Part shown: positions 12,380 to 22,356 of the stretch, piece after piece | How positions within the stretch are numbered: position 1 is the first letter of the stretch | How the letters are laid out: each line of letters begins with the position of its first letter | Assembly (NCBI GenBank): GCA_035506195.1 | Contig: DATJPV010000023.1 | Location: forward strand, 1,050 to 65,049 | DNA length: 64,000 bases | Origin: Patescibacteria group bacterium | GTDB taxonomy: Bacteria; Omnitrophota; Gorgyraeia; Gygaellales; Profunditerraquicolaceae | Reading direction: 5' to 3' | Translations under genes and position numbers: made by a program | Notes under the pieces: model-generated | What the model was told of the DNA's origin: nothing | The model's input: only the letters and a program-made list of their open reading frames with translations | Databases searched by the model: none

Positions 12380-13165
12380 TCAGCTGGATGCCAGGTATAT
12401 GAATTCCTCAAGGCTCAATTGCTCCGGGCGCACGCCGTGATCATGACGGAAGGCCCTGAAAAAATGCTCCAGTTTCTGACGGCAAACTACGCCGGCGAGG
12501 CTGTTGCGTAAAGTCTTTCTCCTCTGATTGAATGCCGCGCGGATGATTTTGAAAAGCAGGCGTTCATCGATATGGGCCTGGCCGGGATACGGACGGGGCC
12601 GTATGTGCAAGAAACAGGAATCGATCTTCGGTGCCGGCCGGAAACAGCTACGCGTAATGTAAAACATTATTTTGGGTTCGGCATGATAGCGGACAAAACA
12701 ACTTAAACTGCCGTATTCCTTGGAGCCGGCAGCAGAGCAAACCCTGCGGCCGAATTCTTTCTGGACGGTAATATAGATATCCGAGACAAGGTCGCGGTAT
12801 TGCAAAAGGTTTTCGATGATCGGCGTGCTTATGTAATACGGGATATTCCCGATGACCTTTATCTTCGTGCCTGAACCGCCGATCTCTTTTTTAAGATCGA
12901 GCTTCAAGACGTCCCGGTTGACGATTACCAGATTAGAGGCTTCTTTGCACTCCTCTTTTACGATAGCCGCTAGCGCCGGGTCGAGTTCGACGGCATAGAC
13001 TTTCGCTGCCTGGGCGGCCAGCATGCGGGTCAGCTCCCCCCTGCCCGCGCCGATCTCCACCAGCACATCAGAAGGGTGGATCTGGCAGGCAGAAACGATC
13101 TTCCTGCGGATGTTGGCGTCGATAAGAAAATTTTGGCCTAGTCTTTTTTTTGGTTTAGGGTGCAT
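12380..13165 (-). CDS. rsmA: 16S rRNA (adenine1518/1519-N6)-dimethyltransferase RsmA/KsgA
   Basis: 261 aa with the RLGQNFLID motif and the SAM site VEIGAGRGELT. It sits in surA-pdxA-ksgA synteny as in E. coli. Confidence 0.95.
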   Translation of the reverse strand: MHPKPKKRLGQNFLIDANIRRKIVSACQIHPSDVLVEIGAGRGELTRMLAAQAAKVYAVELDPALAAIVKEECKEASNLVIVNRDVLKLDLKKEIGGSGTKIKVIGNIPYYISTPIIENLLQYRDLVSDIYITVQKEFGRRVCSAAGSKEYGSLSCFVRYHAEPKIMFYITRSCFRPAPKIDSCFLHIRPRPYPGQAHIDERLLFKIIRAAFNQRRKTLRNSLAGVVCRQKLEHFFRAFRHDHGVRPEQLSLEEFIYLASS

Positions 13166-14121
13166 TGTATGGCGGTTTTGATTGCGGCAATTAAGGAATC
13201 CGGGCAGGCCAAGGGCCTGCCGGCGATATCGAACGCCGTGCCGTGTAACGGAGACGTCCTTACAAAAGGCAACCCCAGCGTCATGTTAACGCCTTCATGG
13301 GGCGTAGAAAGTTTCAGGGGTATAAGCGCCTGGTCGTGATACATGGCGATAACGCAATCATACTCCCCTTTCCGGGCGGCGGCAATAGCCACATCCGCAG
13401 GCTCGGGCCCGGCCAGATTGGCAATGCTGCGCTGCAGTTGTTTAACCACCGGCGCAATGACCGCACGCTCCTCCCCGCCGAGCAGGCCGTTATCGGAAGC
13501 ATGGGGATTCAAGCCGCAGACAACGATCCGGGGGGAAGGTATGCCAAACAGGCTCTTTAGCGCCTCAGCCGAAATGCGGATTACCGTGCGCACATAGTTT
13601 GCTTCGATTGCCTCCGGCACGCCTCTTATGGGGAGGTGGCGCGTTACCAGCCCGATCTTAAGATGCCGGTTGAGCAGCATCATCACATAATCTTTTACGG
13701 CAGTGCGCGCGGCAAGGTACTCGGTATGCCCCGAAAATCCCCCGTATCCCGCGCGGCTCACCGCCTCCTTCGAGATCGGGCAGGTAACCAGGCAATCCAG
13801 CTGCCCGGCGCCGAGCATCTCCAGGGCCGCATCCAGGTATTCGATAGAAGCCTTTCCATGTGCGGCCCTGATGCGGCCGAATGCGAATGTTTTCTTGCGG
13901 ACATTCGCCAGATCGATGAAATTGGCGCCGTATACGGGCTTCCTGCCGAAAGATGCCCGGTCGAAAACCCACCTGTCCCCTATAACGACAAACTGCGCCT
14001 TCCCTTTTAATGCCTCCAGCGCACGCGCAGTAATGTAGGGGCCTATCCCGGCGGGGTCTCCGATGGTAATGCCGACCCTAAGGTTAGAAGATCTTGATAT
14101 AGGCTTTCTGTTTGAGCTCAT
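13138..14121 (-). CDS. pdxA: 4-hydroxythreonine-4-phosphate dehydrogenase PdxA
   Basis: 327 aa with the GDPAGIGP, GHTEYLA, CGLNPHASDNG, MYHDQALIPLK and RTSPLHGTAFDIAG motifs. Confidence 0.95.
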   Translation of the reverse strand: MSSNRKPISRSSNLRVGITIGDPAGIGPYITARALEALKGKAQFVVIGDRWVFDRASFGRKPVYGANFIDLANVRKKTFAFGRIRAAHGKASIEYLDAALEMLGAGQLDCLVTCPISKEAVSRAGYGGFSGHTEYLAARTAVKDYVMMLLNRHLKIGLVTRHLPIRGVPEAIEANYVRTVIRISAEALKSLFGIPSPRIVVCGLNPHASDNGLLGGEERAVIAPVVKQLQRSIANLAGPEPADVAIAAARKGEYDCVIAMYHDQALIPLKLSTPHEGVNMTLGLPFVRTSPLHGTAFDIAGRPLACPDSLIAAIKTAIQCTLNQKKD

Positions 14122-14998
14122 CTACGAACGAACTTAGCTTTTCTTGCATTTTCCTGTCGAAAAGGAAGGCGTAAATGCGTTCCTGGACTTCGGGAAGGGC
14201 TTGCTGTTTTGGCGGGATAATCGCATTGACTTTGAAGATATAGTATTTCTTTTCGATTTCCACGGGCCCGGCTATTTCGTTGAGGCCCGTTTTGAAAACA
14301 ATATCCTCGATCTCTTTTTTTAGTTGTCCGCCCTTAAGCGCGCTCATTGTATTGACGCTTACGCTGTCTGATTGCACGGACCCCGAGTTTTTAAGTTTTT
14401 GAAAAGCCTCATCCGCGGCATGCGCATCTTCGGTGACCACGGTATCGAAGCGCCTCTCCTCCGGGACCGCAAATTCCGCGATGTGCTGCTGATAGAATTC
14501 GGTCACCTCGGCCGGCTTGACCGTAATGCGGTTCTTGATTTGCGAGTCGATAAAATAATACATTATCATCTGCTCTTTGATCTTTGATTCTACATCCGCG
14601 ATAGTCAGCCCCTGCTTGGTCAGGGCCTCCTGAAACTGGCCGTCCGAGGCGTAGCGGTGCTTGATCTCGTTTATCCTGCTGGTTACCCTGTTGGGATCGA
14701 GTTTCAAGTTGCTCTTCCTGGCCTCCTGAACGATGAGGCGGTCCTCGATCAGTTTCTCCAAGAGGTCCTTCTTCATCGAATCCAGCTTTGCCTCAAGCTC
14801 CCGGCCCTGGTATTCGGTTTGATATTGCATGCGCGTAAAACTGATAAAATCGTTAAGGTCCTTGACGGTAATAACATCCTTATTGACGATCGCGGCAATC
14901 TTGTCTTCGGCAAAGACAAAACTCTGCCGAGCCATCCCTCCGGATAGAAACACACACGCAACCAGGATCATCAAGCCTAAGTTTCCGTATTTTTTCAT
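14084..14998 (-). CDS. SurA-like periplasmic chaperone / peptidyl-prolyl isomerase family protein
   Basis: 304 aa with a signal peptide (MKKYGNLGLMILVACVFLSGG), a SurA_N-like start (IAAIVNKDVITVKDLNDF), and a position upstream of pdxA-rsmA. The parvulin domain looks degenerate. Confidence 0.75.
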   Translation of the reverse strand: MKKYGNLGLMILVACVFLSGGMARQSFVFAEDKIAAIVNKDVITVKDLNDFISFTRMQYQTEYQGRELEAKLDSMKKDLLEKLIEDRLIVQEARKSNLKLDPNRVTSRINEIKHRYASDGQFQEALTKQGLTIADVESKIKEQMIMYYFIDSQIKNRITVKPAEVTEFYQQHIAEFAVPEERRFDTVVTEDAHAADEAFQKLKNSGSVQSDSVSVNTMSALKGGQLKKEIEDIVFKTGLNEIAGPVEIEKKYYIFKVNAIIPPKQQALPEVQERIYAFLFDRKMQEKLSSFVDELKQKAYIKIF

Positions 14999-15000
14999 TT

Positions 15001-16902
15001 TTAGGATCCTTTAGTGATGCCGATCTTGTTGAAATTACTGATCGCCTCTTTCAAAAGGCGACAGTACAGGTCGAATCCGACCGCAGAAATAAAACCGTGC
15101 TGCTGGATCCCCAGGAGATTTCCCGCCCCTCTCATTTCCAGGTCCTCCATAGCGATCCTGAAACCCGAGCCCAGCGCCGAGTGCTCCTGGATGGCGCTCA
15201 AGCGCTTCCTGGCATCGCTGTCGATAGGGTCGTTCTTGGGGATCATAAAATACGCATACGCAGGACGGTCGAACCTGCCGACCCTGCCGCGTAGTTGATG
15301 CAGGTCGGAAAGGCCGAAAGTGTGGGCGTTATTCACGATGATCGTATTAGCGTTGGGCATATCGATACCGGATTCGATAATCATGGTACACAGCAGCACA
15401 TCGACCTTGCCGCTTAAGAATTCAAGCATCACCGCCTCAAGGACCCGCGCAGGCATCTGTCCGTGCGCAACCGCGATCTTAACGCCGGCAGGCAGTATCC
15501 GTAAGATCCTTTCGTGGATTTTCTCGATATTCTGGACCCGGTTGTGCAGAAAGTACACCTGCCCCTTGCGTTTCAGCTCTCGGGTGATTGCCTGGCGGAT
15601 CAAATCTTCATCATATTCTACCACAATACTTTTTATGGGCAACCTATTTTGTGGCGGGGTATTAAGGAGTGACAGGTCACGGGCGCCCATAAGGCTCATG
15701 TATAACGTACGCGGGATAGGCGTGGCAGTCAGCGTCAGTACATCCGCCATAAGCCTCATTCCTTTCAGTTTTTCTTTGGCCCTGACGCCGAATCTTTGCT
15801 CCTCATCGATGATCACCAGGCCCAGGTTCTTGAAGCTCACATCGGCCGACAAGAGCCGATGGGTGCCGATGACGATATCGACCGTACCGTTCTTAAGGCC
15901 TTCGATGATGGAATCCTGCTGGGCCTTGGTCTTGAAACGGGACAACATCTCTACCTCGACGGGAAAATCCTTCAAGCGCTGAGTAAAATTCTGGTAATGC
16001 TGTTCCGCCAGGATCGTCGTAGGCACCAGATACGCCACTTGCCTGTTGTCCATCACCGCTTTAAAGGCGGCGCGCATGGCTACTTCGGTTTTGCCGTATC
16101 CGACGTCGCCGCATAAAAGCCGGTCCATGGGCTTGGCGGATTCCATGTCGGCCTTGACCTCTTGGGTTACCTTGGATTGATCCGGCGTTTCGCTGTAAGG
16201 AAACGTTGCCTCGAATTGGGCCTGCCACGGGGTATCCTGCGCATAGGAAAAACCGGATACCGTCATGCGCATAGCCTGTAGCGATAGCAACTCCCAGGCA
16301 AGTTTTTGCACGCCCTTCTTGACGGTCTCCTTGAGCCGGCCCCACTCCTTTGAACCCAGGCGGCTAAGCCGGGGCCTGCGCGCCTGAAAGGCGACATACT
16401 TTTGCAGCAGGTGTATCTCTTCGACCGGCACATAGAGTTTTTCCTGCCGGTCGTATTCTATAACCAGGTGGTCTTTCCGGCCCAGGCTCGTCTGGAGTTT
16501 ATCCAGGCCGAGGAACCGGCCGATGCCGTGCTGGGTATGTACGACGTAGTCGCCCAGCTGCAGATCGACAAAACTGTCGATGGGGAAATCTTCCCGGAAG
16601 GTAGAGGTCTTAAGCGGGTGGCTTTCCTTAAAGGGCAGGATGATCACCATTTGATGGGACCAGAGGGCATTGCCGTCTGAAGGATCGAAGGTCTTCAGCG
16701 CGACAACCGCATCCCCGTCCAGCTCAATACGGATGGGCAGCTCAAAGGTAGAAGGAAATATGTCCAGGATACCGCCCCGGCGGGCAAAATCGCCCTCCTG
16801 GAGGACGCGCTCCTGCCTTTTATAGCCGAATGCAACGAGGATAGAGCAGGCCTCTTCAAGATCGACCGCGCCGCCTGCGTATATTTTGAGGGATTTAAAC
16901 AT
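15001..16902 (-). CDS. mfd: transcription-repair coupling factor, short form (633 aa)
   Basis: It has the CarD/TRCF RNAP-interaction motif GDYVVHTQHGIGRFLGL and helicase motifs (FPYSETPDQ, PMDRLLCGDVGYGKTEVAMRAAF, DEEQRFGV). It also has the TRG-type C-terminus LEMRGAGNLLGIQQHGFISAVGFDLY. I moved the start to ATG 16902 (MFKSLKIY) because the track ORF start at 17073 overlaps secDF and a terminator. Confidence 0.88.
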   Translation of the reverse strand: MFKSLKIYAGGAVDLEEACSILVAFGYKRQERVLQEGDFARRGGILDIFPSTFELPIRIELDGDAVVALKTFDPSDGNALWSHQMVIILPFKESHPLKTSTFREDFPIDSFVDLQLGDYVVHTQHGIGRFLGLDKLQTSLGRKDHLVIEYDRQEKLYVPVEEIHLLQKYVAFQARRPRLSRLGSKEWGRLKETVKKGVQKLAWELLSLQAMRMTVSGFSYAQDTPWQAQFEATFPYSETPDQSKVTQEVKADMESAKPMDRLLCGDVGYGKTEVAMRAAFKAVMDNRQVAYLVPTTILAEQHYQNFTQRLKDFPVEVEMLSRFKTKAQQDSIIEGLKNGTVDIVIGTHRLLSADVSFKNLGLVIIDEEQRFGVRAKEKLKGMRLMADVLTLTATPIPRTLYMSLMGARDLSLLNTPPQNRLPIKSIVVEYDEDLIRQAITRELKRKGQVYFLHNRVQNIEKIHERILRILPAGVKIAVAHGQMPARVLEAVMLEFLSGKVDVLLCTMIIESGIDMPNANTIIVNNAHTFGLSDLHQLRGRVGRFDRPAYAYFMIPKNDPIDSDARKRLSAIQEHSALGSGFRIAMEDLEMRGAGNLLGIQQHGFISAVGFDLYCRLLKEAISNFNKIGITKGS

Positions 16903-16911
16903 GCGGATAAT

Positions 16912-16980
16912 AAATAAAACCGGGGACGTTTCTGGTTTTTCAGCAGCACGCACGAAAAACCCGAAACGTCCCCGGTTTTT
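16912..16980 (-). terminator. intrinsic terminator after secDF (long nested hairpin)
   Basis: Outer stem aaaaccggggacgtttc (16916-16932) pairs with gaaacgtccccggtttt (16963-16979). Inner stem ggtttttc pairs with gaaaaacc. On the minus-strand RNA the hairpin is followed by UUUUAUUUAUUAU. Confidence 0.75.
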
Positions 16981-16985
16981 TACGA

Positions 16986-19202
16986 CTAGACCCGATGCGG
17001 CGTCTTCCCTGTGCCCTTGCTCCACGCCAACACCAATGGCGAGGCGATGTAGACGGTGGAATACGCACCGCAAATGAAACCGACAAAAAGCGCAAACGCG
17101 AAATTACTCAAGACCTCCCCGCCGAAGAAAAATATCGCGACAACGACGAAAAGCGTTACCCCCGTCGTCAGGATCGTCCTGGACATGCACTGGTTTACGC
17201 TTAAATTAATAAGATCATAAAGGCTCATTTTTCTCATCGACCGGGCATTCTCCCTGACGCGGTCATAGATAACAATGGTATCGTTGATCGAATAACCGGC
17301 GATGGTCAGAAAGGCCGTCACGCTCAACAGGTCTATTTCTCTGCCGGTAAGGCTCATCATACCCAGGGCTACCAGCACATCGTGGAACAAGGCGATGATG
17401 CCCGCGACGGCAAAATTCAAATGCTTGAAACGGAATCCTACATACACCAGGATCCCCGCCATCGACCAGATAATCGCCTGGATGGCTTTGCCTTTGAGGT
17501 GCTTGCCTGCGACCGGGCCCACATGTTCGATGCGCAGTATCTGGATATCCTGGCCGGGAAAGGCCTCTTTTAATTTCGCGGTAAGTACCTGGTTCCTGTC
17601 CTCCGAGGTCCTGATCAAAAGGACGCGCGGGTTATCCTTGAACTGCTGGAGGGATACGTCGCTAAGATTCAGGCCCTTTATTATCTGTCGTACGGCGTCG
17701 ATGGGCGGCGGGGTCTTGAAACTATACTCCTGAAGCTGTCCGCCGGAAAAATCGATCCCGTAGGCCTTGTGGCCCTTCATGAAGAAAGAAGTCAGCCCTA
17801 CGACGGTGATCAGTATCGACAGCGCGTAGAATATCCGCCGCTTGCTGATGTAATCCAGCTTCGGTTCTTTGATCAACCTGAACATCGGCAGCGATTTGAC
17901 GAGGTTATAATCCAGAAGGATCTCGAAGATCGTGCGCGTTACGACGATGGCGGTGAACATGCTCACCGTAAGACCGATGGTCAAGGTCACGGCAAAACCT
18001 CGGATAGGGCCGGTGCCGAACTGGAACAAAAGGAGCGCGGCGATCAAAGTAGTAAGGTTGGAATCAAGGATCGCACTGAAGGCCCGGTTATACCCGTTGG
18101 CGATGGCCGCGCGCAAGGTCTTGCCCAGAGCGACCTCTTCGCGGATACGCTCATTAATGAGGACATTGGCGTCGACTGCCATGCCCAGCGACAGCGCGAT
18201 ACCGGCGATACCGGGCAGCGTCAAGGTAGCCGAGATCCCCGGGAAAAAATGAGGCAGCATCCCTAAGACACCCAGGGTCATCAGCAGGTTAAGCATGAGC
18301 GCGATATCCGAGATAACGCCGGCCAAAAGATAATAGCACGCCATAAAAACGAGGACTATCCCGGTACCGATGATGCTGGCGCGGACACCCTTGTTGATGG
18401 AATCCTGTCCCAGGAGCGGGCCGATGGTCCGCTCTTCCTCGATGTACATCGGGGCAGGTAACGCGCCGACCCTTAACACCAACGCCAGGTCCTGCGCCTG
18501 GGGCACGTCAAAATGACCGGTAATGACCGCTTCTCCGGAAGGGATCGCTTCCTTGATACGCGGAGCGGATTGCACTTTGCCGTCAAGGACAATCGCCAGC
18601 CTCTTGCCTACGTTGGCGGCGGTTATCTCGGCGAACTTCTTGGCGCCTTCGGCATTGAATTCCAGGCCGACCACGGGCTCATTAAAACCGCCCTGGCTGA
18701 AACGTACGCTTGCGTTAACGATCTTGTCGCCGGTCAAGGCCGCCGCCTTCTCCAGCAACAGCGGCTCATGGTCCTCTTGGGAGTACTTTAGCTCATACCC
18801 CTCCGGAGGGTTGCCTTCAATGGCAAGTTTAAGCTTGTCGGCATCCGGGGATACAAGCTTGAATTCCAATAACGCGGTCTTGCCGATAAGGTCTATCGCG
18901 CGCTCTCTGTCGGTGACCCCCGGCAATTGCACGACTATCTCGTCGGCCCCCTGCTTCTGGATCGAGGCCTCCCGGACTCCGAACTCGTCAATCCGGTTAC
19001 GGATCACTTCCAGCGCCCGATCCGCAGCCTCTTCCTTTGCCTTTTCCGAAAGGTGGGCGGTATCAACTTTAAGCAACAGGTGCATCCCGCCTTGTAAGTC
19101 AAGGCCTAAGTTGATCCGCTTTTGCAAAGGGAATGAAAAGTAGCCGCAGAGCAGGCATACCCCCAGAATCGCGATTGCTTTTAAGAAAAGTTTTTTTGTC
19201 AT
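16986..19202 (-). CDS. secDF: protein translocase subunit SecDF (fused SecD-SecF)
   Basis: 738 aa with an N-terminal TM helix, a large periplasmic domain, and two 6-TM blocks. SecD-like: GLDLQGGMHLLL, ALLEFKLV. SecF-like: YGIDFSGGQLQEY. It follows yajC. Confidence 0.93.
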   Translation of the reverse strand: MTKKLFLKAIAILGVCLLCGYFSFPLQKRINLGLDLQGGMHLLLKVDTAHLSEKAKEEAADRALEVIRNRIDEFGVREASIQKQGADEIVVQLPGVTDRERAIDLIGKTALLEFKLVSPDADKLKLAIEGNPPEGYELKYSQEDHEPLLLEKAAALTGDKIVNASVRFSQGGFNEPVVGLEFNAEGAKKFAEITAANVGKRLAIVLDGKVQSAPRIKEAIPSGEAVITGHFDVPQAQDLALVLRVGALPAPMYIEEERTIGPLLGQDSINKGVRASIIGTGIVLVFMACYYLLAGVISDIALMLNLLMTLGVLGMLPHFFPGISATLTLPGIAGIALSLGMAVDANVLINERIREEVALGKTLRAAIANGYNRAFSAILDSNLTTLIAALLLFQFGTGPIRGFAVTLTIGLTVSMFTAIVVTRTIFEILLDYNLVKSLPMFRLIKEPKLDYISKRRIFYALSILITVVGLTSFFMKGHKAYGIDFSGGQLQEYSFKTPPPIDAVRQIIKGLNLSDVSLQQFKDNPRVLLIRTSEDRNQVLTAKLKEAFPGQDIQILRIEHVGPVAGKHLKGKAIQAIIWSMAGILVYVGFRFKHLNFAVAGIIALFHDVLVALGMMSLTGREIDLLSVTAFLTIAGYSINDTIVIYDRVRENARSMRKMSLYDLINLSVNQCMSRTILTTGVTLFVVVAIFFFGGEVLSNFAFALFVGFICGAYSTVYIASPLVLAWSKGTGKTPHRV

Positions 19203-19204
19203 AG

Positions 19205-19501
19205 CTAGGCTCCCGGGTTCTCGCTCTGGGCCTTCTTGCGATAGGCGATAGCACTTTTTTCCACTTCGATCTTCACGTTTTCATCGATCCGTACGATCAA
19301 AGTCTTTTCTTTGACGTTAACGATAGTCCCGTGGATGCCTCCGGAAGTTACGACTTCGTCGTTCTTGTTGAGGTTGGAGATCATCGTCGCGTGCTCTTTC
19401 TCCTTTTGCCGTTGAGGGCGAAAGATGAGGAAATAGAAAATAATAAACACAAAAACCAGCGGTATCGCATTAACGAACCCTGCGAGTTGTTGGTTAGGCA
19501 T
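19205..19501 (-). CDS. yajC: preprotein translocase subunit YajC
   Basis: 98 aa with FLIFRPQRQKEKEH followed by GDEVVTSGGIHGTIVNV, the typical YajC pattern. Confidence 0.93.
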   Translation of the reverse strand: MPNQQLAGFVNAIPLVFVFIIFYFLIFRPQRQKEKEHATMISNLNKNDEVVTSGGIHGTIVNVKEKTLIVRIDENVKIEVEKSAIAYRKKAQSENPGA

Positions 19502-19748
19502 GAGCCACCTCCTTCGATGCCTTTTTTATTATGTGCTTGACCGTCTCGGAGGGCTGGGCGCCTTTTTTGAGCCAAAATTCCACTCGTTCACGCTTGATCT
19601 TGGTAGCGCCTTTCAAGGGACTATAAAATCCCAGCTCTTCGATAACGCTGGAGTCGCGGCCGCTGGTCTCGTTAAAAACCGAGATACGAAAATGCGGGTC
19701 TTTTTTGGGGTTCTTGCCTATCCTTCTTAAACGTATGCGTACTGCCAT
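19494..19748 (-). CDS. rpsP: 30S ribosomal protein S16
   Basis: 84 aa starting MAVRIRLRRIGKNPKKDPHFRISV, with GFYSPL. Confidence 0.96.
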   Translation of the reverse strand: MAVRIRLRRIGKNPKKDPHFRISVFNETSGRDSSVIEELGFYSPLKGATKIKRERVEFWLKKGAQPSETVKHIIKKASKEVAHA

Positions 19749-19763
19749 TGTGTGGTTCCTCCT

Positions 19764-21254
19764 TTATTGTGTAATTGCCTCTACTAAGGCCTTGGCCTTA
19801 TTCACCGATTCGCGATGCTCCTTTGCGGGAACGGAATCCGCAACGATGCCGGCTCCCGCCTGGATGTAGGCGACGCCGTCTTTTATCGCGATGGTCCTGA
19901 TGGTGATGCACGTATCCATGTTATGCGAAAAACTGAAATACCCGACGCAGCCTGCGTATATCGAACGCCTATCCGGCTCCAACTCGTCGATGATCTCCAT
20001 GGCGCGGATCTTCGGGCTGCCGGATACGGTACCGGCAGGAAAACAGGCGCGCAGGACATCATACGCATCGTAGCGGCGCTCCAGATGCCCCCTGACTTCG
20101 CTTACCAGGTGCATTACATGCGAGTACCTTTCCACGGCCATGAATTCGCTTACTTCGACCTGGCCGGGCTTACATACCCTGCCTAAGTCATTCCTACCCA
20201 GGTCAACCAGCATAAGGTGCTCCGCCCTTTCCTTGGTGTCATGCAACAATTGCTGCTCCAGCAGGCGGTCCTCTTCTTCGCTCTTGCCCCGGGGCCTTGT
20301 GCCGGCTATGGGGCGGGTCTGGACCAGCCCGTCTTCGCAACGAACCAGCATCTCGGGAGAAGTCCCGATGAGAACTACGTCTTTAAATTGTAAAAAGAAC
20401 ATATAGGGCGAAGGATTAAGGCTGCGTACATTCCGGTAGATGTCGAACGGCTGTTTTTGCAGCTTAAGCCGGAACCGCTGCGACAGCACTACCTGGATGA
20501 TATCCCCTCTTTTTATGTAAGCCTTTGCCTTGGTGACGATAGAGGCGAAATCGGACTTGGTGAAATTCGAACTTATGCGTAAGGGCTTGGCTGCGGGCCC
20601 TTGTTTTCTTGCGTGCGCGACCGCGCTTTTGTCGAAAGCCTGCTGGATCGATTCGATCTTGGCGCAGGCCTTACGGTAGATCCGGGACTTTTGCGCCCGG
20701 GAAAGGGGCTTCTGCGTGCCCTGCGGAAGCATCGCATTTGCGACGATCTTTATGGTATGATTGACGTGGTCAAAAATCAGTATAGTGTCGGTAAGAATGA
20801 AGATCGAATCGGGCAATCCCAGGGTATCGGGATTCTTATCGGGAAGCTCTTCGAAGAACCTGACCATGTCGTAGCCGATATACCCTACAAAGCCTCCGTA
20901 AAACCGCGGCAGCCCTTTGACCGGTACCGTCTTAAACCCCTTCATGATCTTTTTTATTTCATCCAGGGGGTCGGTACCGGTGGTAAAGCGGACGGTGCGC
21001 GCCTGCGGATAACACAATTCGATATTCCGGCCCTTGCTCTTGAATACCAGCGCCGGAGCGCTGCCCAAGAATGAATACCGGGCAATCTTTTCCTGACCTT
21101 CCACGGACTCCAGCAAAAAGGCATAATCAGACTTTTTTGTTTTCAGGAATGCCGAAACCGGCGTATCCAGGTCCGCATTTATTTCCTTATATATAGGAAT
21201 AATGTTGCCTTTACGGCACAGCTGCAAAAAATCTTTCAGGCAAGGATAGCACAT
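19764..21254 (-). CDS. trpE: anthranilate synthase component I family protein (chorismate-utilising enzyme)
   Basis: 496 aa with N-terminal DLDTPVSAFLK and C-terminal LMLVDLGRNDLGRV, GTVSGSPKIRAMEIIDELE and GAGIVADS. I cannot exclude PabB from motifs alone. Confidence 0.85.
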   Translation of the reverse strand: MCYPCLKDFLQLCRKGNIIPIYKEINADLDTPVSAFLKTKKSDYAFLLESVEGQEKIARYSFLGSAPALVFKSKGRNIELCYPQARTVRFTTGTDPLDEIKKIMKGFKTVPVKGLPRFYGGFVGYIGYDMVRFFEELPDKNPDTLGLPDSIFILTDTILIFDHVNHTIKIVANAMLPQGTQKPLSRAQKSRIYRKACAKIESIQQAFDKSAVAHARKQGPAAKPLRISSNFTKSDFASIVTKAKAYIKRGDIIQVVLSQRFRLKLQKQPFDIYRNVRSLNPSPYMFFLQFKDVVLIGTSPEMLVRCEDGLVQTRPIAGTRPRGKSEEEDRLLEQQLLHDTKERAEHLMLVDLGRNDLGRVCKPGQVEVSEFMAVERYSHVMHLVSEVRGHLERRYDAYDVLRACFPAGTVSGSPKIRAMEIIDELEPDRRSIYAGCVGYFSFSHNMDTCITIRTIAIKDGVAYIQAGAGIVADSVPAKEHRESVNKAKALVEAITQ

Positions 21255-21262
21255 CTGTCTTC

Positions 21263-21598
21263 CTACGCGATCCTCCTATAGAAACATGAACGGCTGCCGG
21301 TGTGGCATGCGGCTCCCACTTGCCGTACCTTGATCAGCAACGCATCCATATCGCAATCGTAAGCGATGGACTTGACAAACTGATAGTGCCCGGAGGTGAG
21401 CCCTTTAACCCAGTATTCTTTCCTTGAGCGCGACCAAAAACAGGTCTTGCCGGACCGGATGGTACGCCGCAGGGATTCCGCGTTCATATACGCCACCATC
21501 AGGACATCGCGATTCTTGTAGTCCTGGATGATCGCCGGGATGAGCCCCTTGCGGTCAAACTTTAATGTGTTAATCGCAAACTTCGGTTTTTTGCTCAT
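21263..21598 (-). CDS. hisI: phosphoribosyl-AMP cyclohydrolase
   Basis: 111 aa with GLIPAIIQD...[12 protein letters not shown] and [25 protein letters not shown]. There is no fused HisE domain. Confidence 0.94.
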   Translation of the reverse strand: MSKKPKFAINTLKFDRKGLIPAIIQDYKNRDVLMVAYMNAESLRRTIRSGKTCFWSRSRKEYWVKGLTSGHYQFVKSIAYDCDMDALLIKVRQVGAACHTGSRSCFYRRIA

Positions 21599-22350
21599 AA
21601 TCGCACTGCAACCCCTCTCTTGGCAAGGTACTCCTTTACGTCTTGCACGGAATATTCCTGATAATGAAAAATAGAAGCAGCCAGGCCTGCGCTGGCCTGT
21701 CCATCGGTCAATACCTGGTAGAAATGCTCCACTGTCCCGGCCCCTCCCGAGGCAATCACCGGAATAGCCACGGAGGCGGCCACTGCCCTGGTAAGCGCAA
21801 GGTCATAACCGTCTTTGGTGCCGTCATAGTCCATACTGGTCAAGAGTATCTCTCCGGCACCCAGGCCTGCGGCTTGCCGGGCCCATTGCAGCGCATCCAG
21901 GCCGGTCGGGGTCCTGCCGCCGTTGATGTATACCTCCCAGGAATCCCGGTTCTTCTTCGCATCGATAGCCGCCACAATGCACTGGCTGCCGAATCGCTTT
22001 GAAGAAGAGGCGATCAGATCCGGGTCCTTTACCGCTGCGGTATTGATGGAAACCTTATCCGCCCCGGCGTTCAGCAGGTCCCGGATGTCTTCGATGCCGC
22101 GGATGCCGCCGCCCACAGTAAAGGGCATATAGATATTTACCGCGATCTCTTCAACCAGCGCAATCAGGGTTTTACGCTGCTGGAAGCTGGCGGTAATATC
22201 CAGGAATACCAGCTCATCGGCCTTCTGCCGGTCATAGGCCTTTGCGACTTCAACCGGATCCCCGGCATCCCGCAACCCTAAAAACTTGACGCCCTTTACG
22301 ACCCGGCCATCCTTAATATCCAAACACGGGATAATGCGTTTGGTAAGCAC
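21595..22350 (-). CDS. hisF: imidazole glycerol phosphate synthase cyclase subunit HisF
   Basis: 251 aa with [24 protein letters not shown] and ASGGAG. Confidence 0.97.
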   Translation of the reverse strand: MLTKRIIPCLDIKDGRVVKGVKFLGLRDAGDPVEVAKAYDRQKADELVFLDITASFQQRKTLIALVEEIAVNIYMPFTVGGGIRGIEDIRDLLNAGADKVSINTAAVKDPDLIASSSKRFGSQCIVAAIDAKKNRDSWEVYINGGRTPTGLDALQWARQAAGLGAGEILLTSMDYDGTKDGYDLALTRAVAASVAIPVIASGGAGTVEHFYQVLTDGQASAGLAASIFHYQEYSVQDVKEYLAKRGVAVRL

Positions 22351-22356
22351 GTGATA

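Noticed and set aside
16903-17073. The track start of the mfd ORF at 17073 (MRCVFHRLHRL...).
   Set aside because: The extension overlaps the 3' end of secDF and runs through the secDF terminator hairpin. The residues are not Mfd-like. The ATG at 16902 (MFKSLKIY) lies just downstream of the terminator.
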